The notes under the pieces were generated by a model. That model had not been told where the DNA came from. It worked only from the letters and a program-made list of their open reading frames with translations, and searched no databases. The translations under genes were made by a program, and so were the position numbers. Positions 1 through 11,055 of a DNA stretch of 64,000 nucleotides are shown here, piece after piece; the stretch's first letter is position 1; every line of letters starts with the position of its first letter. The stretch spans positions 16,871 through 80,870 of the IMG/VR virus record IMGVR_UViG_3300014832_000004; one strand, 5' to 3'. This DNA is from a virus (taxonomy: Duplodnaviria > Caudoviricetes).

Positions 1-1299
1 GCCGCCGATCTGAGCAAGACGCCTCCGATTTACGACACCGTCTTTGCGTCCACCAGCAACTATCCTGCGGCGGCGTCCTACTTCGAGCAGCGCAGATGCT
101 TCGCCGGGACCGTCACCCAGCCGCAGAACATCTGGATGACGAAGAGCGGCACCGAGTCGAACGTTTCGTACTCGCTGCCGATTCGCGATGACGACCGAAT
201 CGCTTTCAGGGTTGCTGCCCGAGAAGCGAACACGATCCGCCACATCGTTCCGCTGACGCAACTGCTGCTGCTCACAAGCGCTGCGGAATGGAGGGTAACG
301 TCGGTAAATTCCGATGCCATCACGCCAAGCACGATCAGCGTTCGCCCGCAGTCATACGTTGGTGCGTCGAACGTGCAGCCGGTGATCATCAACAACACGC
401 TGATATACGGCGCCGCGCGCGGCGGGCATGTTCGCGAGCTGGCGTACTCGTGGCAAGCGAACGGATTCGTTACCGGCGATCTGTCCTTGCGCGCTGCGCA
501 CTTGTTCGACACCTTCGACATCGTCGACATGGCGTACAGCAAGGCGCCGCAGCCTGTCGTGTGGTTCGTGTCGTCGTCTGGCAACCTGCTCGGCTTGACT
601 TACGTGCCAGAGCAGCAGATAGGGGCTTGGCACTGGCATGACTCGGCTGGCGGCGTGTTCGAGTCCTGTTGCGTCGTTGCCGAGGGAGGCGAGGATGTGC
701 TGTACGTCATCGTTCGGCGCACGATCAACGGCGGCAGCGTGCGCTACGTTGAGAGGCTGTCGTCGCGTGATTTTGCAACGCCTGCTGACTCGTTCTTCGT
801 CGATTGCGGGCTTACCTATTCCGGTTCTCCGGCAACGGTCATCAGCGGCCTGGATCACCTTGAGGGTGAAGAGGTCAGCATCCTTGCCGATGCCTGCGTG
901 CACCCTCGGCGCGTCGTTGACGGCGGTGCAATCACGCTCGACCAGGAAGCCAGCAAGGTGCATGTTGGGCTGCCGATTACCGCCGACATCAAGACTCTGC
1001 CCGTCGCAATGCAGGTTGACGGCAGCTTCGGGCAAGGACGGTTTAAGAACGTGAACAAGGTGTGGATGCGCGTCCATGGGTCATCCGGGATCTTCGTCGG
1101 GCCGAGCGAGGATCGACTTGTCGAAGCGAAGCAGCGGACAACTGAATCGCCAGGTTCACCACCAGACCTCAAGACGCAGGAAATTCAGGTCATGCCGAGC
1201 AACGCATGGGGCGACAGCGGGCAAGTCTTCGTGCGCCAAGCCGATCCGCTGCCGCTGTCGGTCCTGTCGATGACCGCTGAAGTGGCGATGGGCGGATAG
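1..1299 (+). CDS. Tail tubular protein B / T7 gp12-like stabilisation protein (5' end outside window)
   Basis: Frame open from base 1 (YPAAASYFEQRRCFAG..PQNIWM); sits immediately before internal virion genes as in T7/BPP-1-type podoviruses. Confidence 0.8.
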   Translation, partial: AADLSKTPPIYDTVFASTSNYPAAASYFEQRRCFAGTVTQPQNIWMTKSGTESNVSYSLPIRDDDRIAFRVAAREANTIRHIVPLTQLLLLTSAAEWRVTSVNSDAITPSTISVRPQSYVGASNVQPVIINNTLIYGAARGGHVRELAYSWQANGFVTGDLSLRAAHLFDTFDIVDMAYSKAPQPVVWFVSSSGNLLGLTYVPEQQIGAWHWHDSAGGVFESCCVVAEGGEDVLYVIVRRTINGGSVRYVERLSSRDFATPADSFFVDCGLTYSGSPATVISGLDHLEGEEVSILADACVHPRRVVDGGAITLDQEASKVHVGLPITADIKTLPVAMQVDGSFGQGRFKNVNKVWMRVHGSSGIFVGPSEDRLVEAKQRTTESPGSPPDLKTQEIQVMPSNAWGDSGQVFVRQADPLPLSVLSMTAEVAMGG

Positions 1300-1358
1300 C
1301 CTGCGCGTAACAGGCAGGCGGACGCCTATTCTTCGGGCACACATTCGGAGCGATCGGC

Positions 1359-1979
1359 ATGGGATTTTCGGCGTCAAACATCGGCAGCCTGTCGCTGATC
1401 GGCCAGGCCGGCGGCGCGATCACCTCGGCCATCGGCAGCAAATTCGAAGCGGCCAGCAAGAAGTCGTCGCTGAACGCTCAGGCAGGGCTGGCGAACACGT
1501 CGGCGCGCATCGCTGAAACGAATGCGCGAATCGCCGAGCTTGGCGCGCAGACCGCGCTTCAGCAAGGCGAATCACAGGTTGCCAAGCTCACGCTTCAGGC
1601 TGGAAACCTCAAGGCGTCGCAGCGCACCACGATGGCCGCTAACGGAATCGACATCGGGCAAGGCAGCGCTGCCGAGTTGCAGGCTTCGACCGACATCATG
1701 AAAGAGATCGACGCCAACACGTTGACCGCCAACGCTATCCGGCACGCCTTCGGCTACCAAACGCAAGCGACAAATGCCCGGACGCAAGGCGTGAATGCCA
1801 GAAACGCAGCCTTGGCGCAGCAGGCTGCGGCAAGCGGAATATCGCCCGGAATGGCCGGCGCAACTTCGCTTCTCGGCAGCGCAACCAAGGTTGCGGCATC
1901 GTGGTACGGGATGAACAAGGCCGGGGTGTTCGACAAGCCGCCGAAGGTTGATGATGAAGACATCGGGATGAGCTACTGA
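1359..1979 (+). CDS. Internal virion (ejection) protein, small
   Basis: Ala/Gln/Gly-rich 206 aa; position after tail tube B; stop overlaps next start. Confidence 0.65.
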   Translation: MGFSASNIGSLSLIGQAGGAITSAIGSKFEAASKKSSLNAQAGLANTSARIAETNARIAELGAQTALQQGESQVAKLTLQAGNLKASQRTTMAANGIDIGQGSAAELQASTDIMKEIDANTLTANAIRHAFGYQTQATNARTQGVNARNAALAQQAAASGISPGMAGATSLLGSATKVAASWYGMNKAGVFDKPPKVDDEDIGMSY

Positions 1980-4162
1980 TGGCTCGCGTTCCGACATACG
2001 ACAGCCAACAGGTTACGGCGAGCGCATTGCCGGCGTCTCAGTTCGGCGCTGTGACATCGCCAACCGTCCCGAACTTCGCGGCAGAGCAAGCGCAGCAGGC
2101 TGGCCAGGCCATGCAACAGGCTGGCGCCGTTGGCGGGCAGATCGCGCTCGACATGCAGACCGAGGCGAACCATCTGCGCGTTGTCGACGCTGCCAATCAG
2201 GCCAAGGAAGCGTCTTTCGATCTTCTGTACCACAAGGAAACTGGCGCGCTCAACCAGCGCGGATGGTCTGCACTGAGCCGTGAAAGCGGGAAAGACCTTG
2301 CCTCCGAATACGCCGAGAGGTTCCGGGAAGTCACTGACAAGATTGCCGCCGGGCTCGGCAACGACGCGCAGCGAAAAGTTTTCGCGCAGCAGGCGGCGAA
2401 CATGCGCACAAGCCTGTACGGGCAGACACGCAGCCATCTGAGCAGTGAATTTCAGCGGTACAAGGTCAGCACGTTCGACGCGACGGCAGCTACCGCGAGC
2501 CGGGAAATCGCGCTTGTCGGAGCGAGCGGAAAGATACCCGTCGATCAAGAGACTGGGCGCAGCCAGATCGACGACGCTGCCGACCGCATCATCGCCGTTA
2601 CCCGCGAGAAGGCACGCATGGTCGGGCTTTCTCAGGAAGAAGCGGACGTGCAAGCGCAGCGCGTGTTGAGCGGGGCGCACGTGCTGGCGATTCAGGGGGC
2701 GGTCGAGAGTGGGAACATCCAGTTCGCGGCGGCCTACGTCGACCGCTACAAGGGCCAGATGGAGGCCGGCGACCTCCTGCGTGTGCGCGGGGTCATGGAT
2801 AAACAGGTTCAGGCGCAGCGGACCATGGCAGCGGTCGACAGCGCAACCAAGGAAATGCGGCCGCGCTTCTTCGGGAGCGACATAGATCGTGCTTTCAGCG
2901 TTGCGATCATGGCCGAGTCTGGTGGGAAGCAGTTTGCCGCCGACGGCACGCCGCTGACCAGCAAGGCCGGGGCAATCGGCATCGCGCAAGTCATGCCGGC
3001 CACCGGTCCGGAAGCAGCCAAACTCGCTGGCATGCCGTGGGATGAGCACCGGTACCGGACCGATGAGAGCTACAACCGGGCGATTGGAATGGCCTACTTC
3101 AATGAGCAGGTTCGGGTGAATTCCGGCGATCTGCAAAAGGCGTGGGCGGCCTACAACGCCGGTCCTGGCGCGCTCAAGGAGGCGGTCAAGAAGGCCGATA
3201 AGTCCGCCAAGTTGGCGCAGAATGACCCGTCCATCGCTGCCGTTCCGTGGCTGCAGTTCCTCCCGAAAGAGACTCGCGAGTACGTCACCAAGAACAGCAA
3301 GGCATACGAGTCTGGCGCAGGCAGGGCCAAGGAACCGACGGCCCTTGAGTTCGTGCAGGCTTCGGTGTCAAGGCTTGGTCCAGACGCGGACGCAGAGCAG
3401 ATCAGATCGACGCGAATCAGTGCCGAGCACCAGTACAAGCTGATCACCGACGAGAAGAAGCAGCGGAACGACGACAACTTCCTGGCTGCGCAAGATGCGC
3501 TTGTGCGCAACGGAGGAAACTTCGCTGGGCTTTCTGCTTTCGTGCGCGAGGCAATACCGGCTGACAGAATGGATGACGTGCTGACATTCGCCGGGAAGCT
3601 GGCAAGTGGCGTGCCGATAGAAACCAACTGGAACACCTATTCACGGCTGGTAAGCATGGCCACCGTCGCCCCAGCAGAATTCAGTTCCACAAACCTCATG
3701 CTACATCGTGGGCAATTGGCGCCGCCACAGATCAAGCAACTGATCGACATGCAGGCAAAGGTCAACGATCCGGCGCAGCGGCCCGAAGTGGCTACGCTGG
3801 CACAGCAGCTTGCCACGGCGCACAATCAGCTTGGATTCAAAGCGAACAACCATGAACAGAAGGGGATGTTCGATTCGGCAGTCATGGCCGCCATTGCTGA
3901 CGAGACGCGCACCAAAGGGCGAGCGCTGACGTTCGAGGAACGAGACAAGATCATCAAGCGAATGATGTTGCCGACAGGTGGATTGTGGTTATCGACAGAT
4001 CGACTGTACGAGGTTGCAGGGACGGCGAAGGAAAAGTCCGCCGTGGTGAAGATGTCCAGCGATGAGCGCGCGATGATCGCCGACAGCCTTTTGAGAAGGG
4101 GCGAGAAGCCGACCGAAGAAAAAATACTTGCCTTGTTCAAGCGGCGCTACGGGATCAACTGA
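1979..4162 (+). CDS. Internal virion protein with lytic transglycosylase (SLT) domain
   Basis: AESGG, GAIGIAQVMPAT, AAYNAGPG and PKETREYV SLT motifs. Confidence 0.8.
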   Translation: MARVPTYDSQQVTASALPASQFGAVTSPTVPNFAAEQAQQAGQAMQQAGAVGGQIALDMQTEANHLRVVDAANQAKEASFDLLYHKETGALNQRGWSALSRESGKDLASEYAERFREVTDKIAAGLGNDAQRKVFAQQAANMRTSLYGQTRSHLSSEFQRYKVSTFDATAATASREIALVGASGKIPVDQETGRSQIDDAADRIIAVTREKARMVGLSQEEADVQAQRVLSGAHVLAIQGAVESGNIQFAAAYVDRYKGQMEAGDLLRVRGVMDKQVQAQRTMAAVDSATKEMRPRFFGSDIDRAFSVAIMAESGGKQFAADGTPLTSKAGAIGIAQVMPATGPEAAKLAGMPWDEHRYRTDESYNRAIGMAYFNEQVRVNSGDLQKAWAAYNAGPGALKEAVKKADKSAKLAQNDPSIAAVPWLQFLPKETREYVTKNSKAYESGAGRAKEPTALEFVQASVSRLGPDADAEQIRSTRISAEHQYKLITDEKKQRNDDNFLAAQDALVRNGGNFAGLSAFVREAIPADRMDDVLTFAGKLASGVPIETNWNTYSRLVSMATVAPAEFSSTNLMLHRGQLAPPQIKQLIDMQAKVNDPAQRPEVATLAQQLATAHNQLGFKANNHEQKGMFDSAVMAAIADETRTKGRALTFEERDKIIKRMMLPTGGLWLSTDRLYEVAGTAKEKSAVVKMSSDERAMIADSLLRRGEKPTEEKILALFKRRYGIN

Positions 4163-7100
4163 TGGCCAACCCATACGACGACATTTCACTGACAGGGGCT
4201 GCAGCGAAGCCTTCCGGGAACCCCTACGACGCGATCCCGTTGCGCGATCCGTCAGATGTTCGCGGAGCCCTCGTCAGTGCCATGAATGCCAACCCGGATG
4301 CGGCGGGGCGAGCAGCACGGCTGGCCCGACAGATTGGATCGCCGGCTGCCGCAGTCGAGGCGCACTTGCCCGAAGTCGAATCGATCGTCAAGGTCGACTA
4401 CTACGCCAAGATGATTGAGCGCGCGCCGCGCACCGAAGATTTTCTGCGCAACCCAGACAAGGCCAGGATGGCGCATGACGATGTTGAAAATCTGTCAGCG
4501 TGGGAGTCTGCCGGGCAGTTCCTGAAGAACAGTGGAAAGGCCCTGGCATCCGGCGTCCCGGCATTCAACGAAGGATTCTGGGGTGTCGGCCAGGCCGGTG
4601 GCGAAGTGCTATCGAAACTGACTAAGCCGCTTGTCGGCATAGGGCTTCCTGATGTCGGCGACAGCGCAGCGCAGTTCTTCGGCGATCAACGAAAGATATC
4701 TCAGGCGATCAAGCAGTCGCTCATGACTGTTCCAGAGGGAAACATTTCAGCCGGGTGGTACTCTGGCCTTCAGTCTCTCACGATGAACATGCTGACGCTT
4801 CCTGCTGCGTTCATGTCAGGGAATCCTGTGCTGTCACTCGTGCCGATGGCCGCAACAACTGGCGGTCAGGCATACGGGCAAGCGCGGGACAAGGGAGTAG
4901 GCGTTGGTTCTTCTTTGGCGTTCGGCGCATCGCAGGCGGCAATTGAATACGCTACCGAGAAGCTGCCCGTCGCGTGGTTGTTGAAAGACATCAAAGCCGG
5001 GGCTGGGTTTGGCAAGATGCTTGGAAGGCAGATGCTGGCGGAAGTGCCTGGCGAGCAGGCAGCAACAGCATTACAGGATCTGAACGAGTGGGCAGTTCTC
5101 AACCCTCAAAAGCCGTTCGCTGACTACATCAAGGAACGCCCAGGCGCATTTGTCCAGACTCTTGTTGCAACCATGGTCGGAGCGGGCGGGCAGGTCGGAA
5201 CGATCAAGTTGGCTGATATGGCTATCCAGGCCGCGCAGGCGAAAGAGCAGCAAGCCGTTGAAGCAGGTAAAGCAGGCCAACTACTTGCCGAAATGAACAA
5301 ACTTGCTGCGGCGTCGAAGGTCCGCGAGCGAGATCCTGAAACGGCACGCGAGTTCTTCCAAAGCATCCTCGATGACGGCAACGACTCTGTCTGGATCACG
5401 CCGGACGCCCTGGCGCAGTCCGGCATGGCCGAACAAATGGCACAGGCTATCCCGGCAGTTGCCGAGCAGCTTGGATCCGCCTCGCAGACTGGTCACGACA
5501 TCCGTATCCCGGTGGCAGACCTCATGGCGACAATGGCCGGGCCAGATCTTGCGCAATCGATCCTTCAGCACGTGGCAACAGAGCCTGGTGGCTTCACTAC
5601 GACCACTGCCGAAGAGTACATGCAGAGCGGCAAGGCCGAAGAACTGAAGGCAGAAATTGATCGCGTACTTGGCGAAAAGGATGGCGACGACTCCTTCGCA
5701 GCCAGTTCGCAGGAAGTTGAGGACGCCGTCTTCGCCGAGTTGCAGAGCGCAGGTCGGCATGCGGAATCGGTGAATAGAACGGATGCGATACTGCACCGGC
5801 ACTTCTTCAGCGTCATGGCAGCCAAACTTGGCGAAATGCCGAAGGCTTTGTTTGACCGGTATGCTATCCGGGTGGTGGCAAAGGCTGGCGGAGATGATGG
5901 TAGTCTGGACCAAACGGCCTGGCATGGAACGCCGCACGTGTGGGAGCCAGAGCCTGGCTTCCCTCACGGGAGGCCACGGCTGGACAAGATGGGAACTGGC
6001 GAGGGAGCGCAGGCTTACGGGTGGGGGTGGTACTCGGCGGAAGCGGATGGAGTGGCGAACGAATATGCCGCGAAACTGGCAAAACCTGTCGTCTTGTTCA
6101 ACGGCGTTCGTGCGAAAGATTTGAAGGTGTCTGAAAGGGCGAAGCAGCTTGCGGAGTGGATAGAAAGCCGGTCCGGAGCAATGCAGTACGGCCACCAAGG
6201 AGATTCAGCAAGGGCAGACTTCGCAAGGCTCCCGCAAGACGTCAAGGAAGAGCTTGGCAACGTAGATGTTTACGACGGAGGGACGCTGTACAAACTCGAC
6301 ATCCCGGACGATGTGCTGCCGCACTTACTGGACTGGGACCGTCCGCTGAGCGAGCAGCCTGAAGTTCTTGCCGCCCTGGAAACAGACCCGCAAATGGGCA
6401 AGTCCTCCATCGGCTGGCGCGGCGCCCCCAGCGGGGCATGGGAGCGCGCGATGGGCGGCAAGTCGCGAAACGGCGAATGGCTCTACCGTGAAATAACGAA
6501 CAACGACCAGAAGGCTGCAAGCGCTGCCTTGCGTGCTCTCGGCATCCCCGGCCTGCGCTACCTCGATGGCAACAGCCGTGCCGACGGCAAAGGAACCTAC
6601 AACTATGTGATATGGGACCAGCCGACGCTCGACCGCATTGCGCTGTTGGAGCGCAACGGGGAGAAACTGGACGCGATTCGAGAGGCGAACATTCTGCGCC
6701 AATCCGACCAGTCGCCACGCGGCACATTCAGCCCTTCGAAGAACACCATAGCGCTTCTCAAGGACGCGAACCTATCGACCTTCCTGCACGAGTCTGGGCA
6801 TTTCTTCCTGGAGGTTATGGCCGATCTCGCATCTCAGCCGATGGCGCCAGCCGCCGTGCAGCAAGACATGCATGCCATCCTCGACTGGTTCGGCGTCGCT
6901 GACATGCCAACGTGGGCGAATCTCGAATTCGAGGAGCGTCGGTCATATCACGAGAAGTTCGCGCGCGGGTTCGAGTTGTACTTGGCCGAGGGCAAGGCGC
7001 CATCGATCGAGCTGCATGGCGTGTTTCAGAGGTTCCGCGCTTGGCTGCTGAAGGTCTACACGTCGCTCAAGTCGCTGAACGTTTCCCTGACACCAGAAGT

Positions 7101-10100
7101 GCGCGGCGTTTTCGACCGGATGCTGGCAACAACCGAAGACATCAAGCAGGCGGAACAGGCCCGAAGCATGATCAATCTGTTTTCGACGGCAGAACAAGCG
7201 GGCATGAGCCAAGAAGACTTCGCCGCCTATCACGCGCTTGGTACGGATGCGACGAACGTCGCAATCGAGGAACTTCAGGCGCGAGGCATGCGCGACATGC
7301 AATGGATAAAGAATGCTCGCGTCCGCGTGCTGAAGAAGTTGCAACAGGAGTCGAAGGCCAAGCGTGCAGAGGTCAAGATGACTGCCCGCCGTGATGTGAT
7401 GAGCCAGCCTGTATATCGCGCGTGGCAGTTCCTGACGGCCAAGATCGGTGCGGATGATGTGGTCGACGTGGCGGCGAAGCCAAAGAGCGATCCTCGCGAA
7501 CTGAATCCTGAAACCGATTCGCTGTTCAAGGCAATTGCCAAGCTCGGCGGTATCAACAAGGCTGAAGCCGTCAGCACGTGGGGGACCGATCCGGCCGACA
7601 AGCCAACCAGCGGCGTGTTCGGTATGCCGGTGTGGCGCGTCGAAGGCGGACTATCTATCGACGGCATGGCAGAGGCACTTGCACAGCACGGATACCTGAC
7701 GCAAGACGAAAACGGCAGGGTCGACGTGCGCGAGCTGGAACAGTTGTTCGCCGATGAGCTTAGAGGGAGCCCGCAGTATTCCAACGCCGTCGACGCGTCG
7801 TCGATGATGGACCAGCCGCCGAAAGCTGGCGAAGACATGGCCAACCATGGCGGGCTGCGTGCTGGCCGTCTGAACCTCGACGGATTGCGTGACACGTCGC
7901 TATCGAGCGACCAGATAGAGGTCTTGAAGGCCCGCAGGATGACCGCTGCCGGCGGCTTGCACCCGGATGTCGTCGCCGAACTGTTCCCCGAGTTCGGGAG
8001 TGGTGATGCGCTTGTTCAGGCGCTCGTCGCAGCAGTTCCTCCGCTCGAAATGATAGATGCGCTGACCGATCAGCGAATGCTTGAGCAATTCGGCGAACTG
8101 TCTTCGCCGGAAGCAATCGCGCAAGCCGCCGATATGGCGATCCACAATGAAGTCAGGGCCAGGGCCATTGCGACCGAGCTTGCGACGCTCGAAAAGGCGC
8201 TCAATGTGCGCGGGGATGCCGGGAATGATCGGAACGGCAGGAGGCGGACGTTCGCCGTTCTGCCGGCGGCCGCTCGGGAGTTTTCGAATGCGATGATCAG
8301 CCGCCTGAAAATCCGCGACATCAAGCCTGCGCAATACTCCGGATCTGCGGCGCGTGCTGGTCGTGCGGCAGCAAAGGCTGAGAAGTCCGGCGACATCGAA
8401 ACGGCGGCATCGGAGAAGAGGACTCAACTGCTGAACATCTATGCCACCCGTGCGGCGCATGAAGCCATCGAGGAAGCGAGGAAGATCGATGAGTTCTTCC
8501 GCCGGGTAATCGGCGGCAAGGATGCGACGGTAGGGAAGTCTCGCGACATGGATTTGGTGAATGCCGCGCGGGCGGTGCTGGCAGCGTATGGCTACGGCGG
8601 CAAGGCAAAGTCCGCCGTCGCGTATGTGGAGGTCGTTCAGAAGAATGATCCCACATGGATGGCCGACGTGATCCGCAAAGCAGTTGAAGAAGCGGAAGCC
8701 AACGGCAAGCCGATCAAGGATCTGACGCTCGATGAGTTGCGGGCACTGAAGGAAGATGTTGATGCTCTATGGCACTTGGCTGAGCGCAGCCGGACGATGG
8801 AGATCGACGGCGTGCTGATGGACCGAAAGACCGTTGCGGATGCGCTGTTCAGGCGCATGCAAGAGCTTGGGATTACGCAGCATGCCCCAGGAGAATCAAG
8901 CGCAATCACTGACGACGAAATGCGCGCGATGAATTTCTCATCCATCAAGGCCATTCTGCGGCGCGTCGAATCGTGGGTCGATCAGCAGGACGGCGGGGAG
9001 AGGTTCGGGCCGTTCCGGCGATACCTTTGGACACCGATCAAGGATGCCGCTGACGCCTACCGAGCAGCGAAGGCCGAAAGGCTGCGCGCTTTCCGGGATG
9101 CGTTCTTGGCGATCGCTCCGTCCATGACTCGTTGTCTGGTCGCTGCGCCAGAGCTTGGCTACACCTTCGGCAAAGAATCCGGCGGGGTGGCCATGAACGA
9201 GATCCTGCATGCGATCCTGCACACCGGAAACGAAAGCAATAAGCGCAAGCTGTTGGTCGGCAGAGGATGGGCATCCGTATTGCCCGGCGGGGCCATCGAC
9301 ACCGGCCGGTGGGATGCGTTCGTCGCTCGCATGATCGACTCAGGCAAGCTCACAAAGGCGCACTACGACTTTGCCCAGAAGGTTTGGGACCAGATGGAGG
9401 CGATGAAGCCTGCGGCGCAGCAGGCGCACCGAGACGCTACAGGCAAGTACTTCGAAGAGGTTACAGCTACTCCGTTCGTTACTCCGTTTGGCGCCTACCG
9501 TGGAGGCTACGTTCCTGCGATGGTGGACAGCCGAATCGTCAAGGACATGGAGTTGAAAAAGCTGGTCGAAGAAGGGAATGATGGCATGTCCTACGTGTTC
9601 CCGAGCACCAGCAAGGGGTTCACGAAATCGCGCGTCGAATACAACAGACCTTTGTTGCTCGACATGCGATCCTTGCCGCAGCATATCGACAGGGTGCTGC
9701 TCTTCTCGCATCTTGAGGTTCCGATACGCGACGCCGCCCGGCTGATCGGATTCGAACCTGTTGCCGACGCGATTAACCGACGCGATCATGGGGCGATCAC
9801 TGGCATGTTGCGCCCGTGGCTGAACCGCACGGCACGGCAACAGGTAACGACGCCAATAGCCGGCGCCGGATTCATGACGGGAATGGTCAACACGATTCGA
9901 AACCGTACCAGCATGGCATATATGTTCGCCAACGTCAGCAACGCGGCGCAGCAGATCACTGGAGTGCTTCTGGCCGGGCTGAAGGTCAGGCCGTCAAGCC
10001 TTGCGTCTGCCACGGCGCGCTACATCAATGCGCCGCGCGAAACTGCCGCCGAAGTGTCTAGGCTGTCGCCCTACATGGCGCACCGGATGGATGGCGAGGT

Positions 10101-10995
10101 GCATGCGATGCTTGGCGAGATCGAAAGCATCATGATCGATCCGACGCTGTACGAACGGGCTCAGGAATGGACGAAACGGCATTCGTTCTTCCTTCAGCAA
10201 GCGGTTGATAACGTCATGGGGCCGATCATCTGGATGGGGGCATACAACGAGGCGATGGAGGAAAAGTTCAACCCGAAGGATGCAGCCAGGCTGGCAGATT
10301 CTGTCATCCGGCAGACACAAGGAAGCTCGCTGCCGGAGGACATCAGCAGAATCGAATCCGGTCCGGCCTATGCCAGGCTGTTCACGCAGTTCGCCGGCTA
10401 TTTCAACATGCAGGCGAACCTGCTCGGCAGCGAGATCGGGAAGGTAATGCAAGAGGCCGGGCTGAAGAAGGGTGCTGGACGTATGGCTTATATCCTGCTG
10501 CTCGGCTTTTACGCCCCGGCCTTGGTTGCCGAGGCCGTCGCGCAGATGTTCAAGGGAGGCCCTGGCGACGACGACAAGGACGGTGAATACCTGGATGACT
10601 GGCTGATGGCGCTGTTCGTCTATGGCCCGATGCGGAACATTACGGCCATGGTCCCTGTCGTTGGGGCGGCCGCAAACAGTGCCATCGCCCGGTTCAACGG
10701 CAACCCGGTTGATGACCGGATGAGCGTTGCGCCGGCTGTTGGTGCTATGGAAGCCGGCGCAGGCGTGCCGTTCGATCTCTACAAGGCGGTGAAGGGGGAG
10801 GGCGATGCACAGCGCGCGGTGCGCGACGTTTCGACGCTGATCTCCATCGCTACCGGGCTGCCGGCGCATGCCTTGGCCCGCCCGGTTGGATACGTGTCCG
10901 GTGTTGCGCAAGGAAAAACAGATCCCACCGGGGCTATCGATTTCACTCGTGGCGTTGTCACTGGCGCAGCGAGCCCGGAGAGTCGTGGGCGATAA
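4162..10995 (+). CDS. Large polyvalent ejection protein (2277 aa) with ART-like and HExxH domains
   Basis: Size and position; WHGT..GTGEGAQAYGWGWY segment; TFLHESGH motif. Confidence 0.75.
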   Translation: MANPYDDISLTGAAAKPSGNPYDAIPLRDPSDVRGALVSAMNANPDAAGRAARLARQIGSPAAAVEAHLPEVESIVKVDYYAKMIERAPRTEDFLRNPDKARMAHDDVENLSAWESAGQFLKNSGKALASGVPAFNEGFWGVGQAGGEVLSKLTKPLVGIGLPDVGDSAAQFFGDQRKISQAIKQSLMTVPEGNISAGWYSGLQSLTMNMLTLPAAFMSGNPVLSLVPMAATTGGQAYGQARDKGVGVGSSLAFGASQAAIEYATEKLPVAWLLKDIKAGAGFGKMLGRQMLAEVPGEQAATALQDLNEWAVLNPQKPFADYIKERPGAFVQTLVATMVGAGGQVGTIKLADMAIQAAQAKEQQAVEAGKAGQLLAEMNKLAAASKVRERDPETAREFFQSILDDGNDSVWITPDALAQSGMAEQMAQAIPAVAEQLGSASQTGHDIRIPVADLMATMAGPDLAQSILQHVATEPGGFTTTTAEEYMQSGKAEELKAEIDRVLGEKDGDDSFAASSQEVEDAVFAELQSAGRHAESVNRTDAILHRHFFSVMAAKLGEMPKALFDRYAIRVVAKAGGDDGSLDQTAWHGTPHVWEPEPGFPHGRPRLDKMGTGEGAQAYGWGWYSAEADGVANEYAAKLAKPVVLFNGVRAKDLKVSERAKQLAEWIESRSGAMQYGHQGDSARADFARLPQDVKEELGNVDVYDGGTLYKLDIPDDVLPHLLDWDRPLSEQPEVLAALETDPQMGKSSIGWRGAPSGAWERAMGGKSRNGEWLYREITNNDQKAASAALRALGIPGLRYLDGNSRADGKGTYNYVIWDQPTLDRIALLERNGEKLDAIREANILRQSDQSPRGTFSPSKNTIALLKDANLSTFLHESGHFFLEVMADLASQPMAPAAVQQDMHAILDWFGVADMPTWANLEFEERRSYHEKFARGFELYLAEGKAPSIELHGVFQRFRAWLLKVYTSLKSLNVSLTPEVRGVFDRMLATTEDIKQAEQARSMINLFSTAEQAGMSQEDFAAYHALGTDATNVAIEELQARGMRDMQWIKNARVRVLKKLQQESKAKRAEVKMTARRDVMSQPVYRAWQFLTAKIGADDVVDVAAKPKSDPRELNPETDSLFKAIAKLGGINKAEAVSTWGTDPADKPTSGVFGMPVWRVEGGLSIDGMAEALAQHGYLTQDENGRVDVRELEQLFADELRGSPQYSNAVDASSMMDQPPKAGEDMANHGGLRAGRLNLDGLRDTSLSSDQIEVLKARRMTAAGGLHPDVVAELFPEFGSGDALVQALVAAVPPLEMIDALTDQRMLEQFGELSSPEAIAQAADMAIHNEVRARAIATELATLEKALNVRGDAGNDRNGRRRTFAVLPAAAREFSNAMISRLKIRDIKPAQYSGSAARAGRAAAKAEKSGDIETAASEKRTQLLNIYATRAAHEAIEEARKIDEFFRRVIGGKDATVGKSRDMDLVNAARAVLAAYGYGGKAKSAVAYVEVVQKNDPTWMADVIRKAVEEAEANGKPIKDLTLDELRALKEDVDALWHLAERSRTMEIDGVLMDRKTVADALFRRMQELGITQHAPGESSAITDDEMRAMNFSSIKAILRRVESWVDQQDGGERFGPFRRYLWTPIKDAADAYRAAKAERLRAFRDAFLAIAPSMTRCLVAAPELGYTFGKESGGVAMNEILHAILHTGNESNKRKLLVGRGWASVLPGGAIDTGRWDAFVARMIDSGKLTKAHYDFAQKVWDQMEAMKPAAQQAHRDATGKYFEEVTATPFVTPFGAYRGGYVPAMVDSRIVKDMELKKLVEEGNDGMSYVFPSTSKGFTKSRVEYNRPLLLDMRSLPQHIDRVLLFSHLEVPIRDAARLIGFEPVADAINRRDHGAITGMLRPWLNRTARQQVTTPIAGAGFMTGMVNTIRNRTSMAYMFANVSNAAQQITGVLLAGLKVRPSSLASATARYINAPRETAAEVSRLSPYMAHRMDGEVHAMLGEIESIMIDPTLYERAQEWTKRHSFFLQQAVDNVMGPIIWMGAYNEAMEEKFNPKDAARLADSVIRQTQGSSLPEDISRIESGPAYARLFTQFAGYFNMQANLLGSEIGKVMQEAGLKKGAGRMAYILLLGFYAPALVAEAVAQMFKGGPGDDDKDGEYLDDWLMALFVYGPMRNITAMVPVVGAAANSAIARFNGNPVDDRMSVAPAVGAMEAGAGVPFDLYKAVKGEGDAQRAVRDVSTLISIATGLPAHALARPVGYVSGVAQGKTDPTGAIDFTRGVVTGAASPESRGR

Positions 10996-11055
10996 CGCTG
11001 CGCGTATCGCCATGGCAAAACAATACCCTGTCGGCTACTCATCAGGAGGCCGCGC

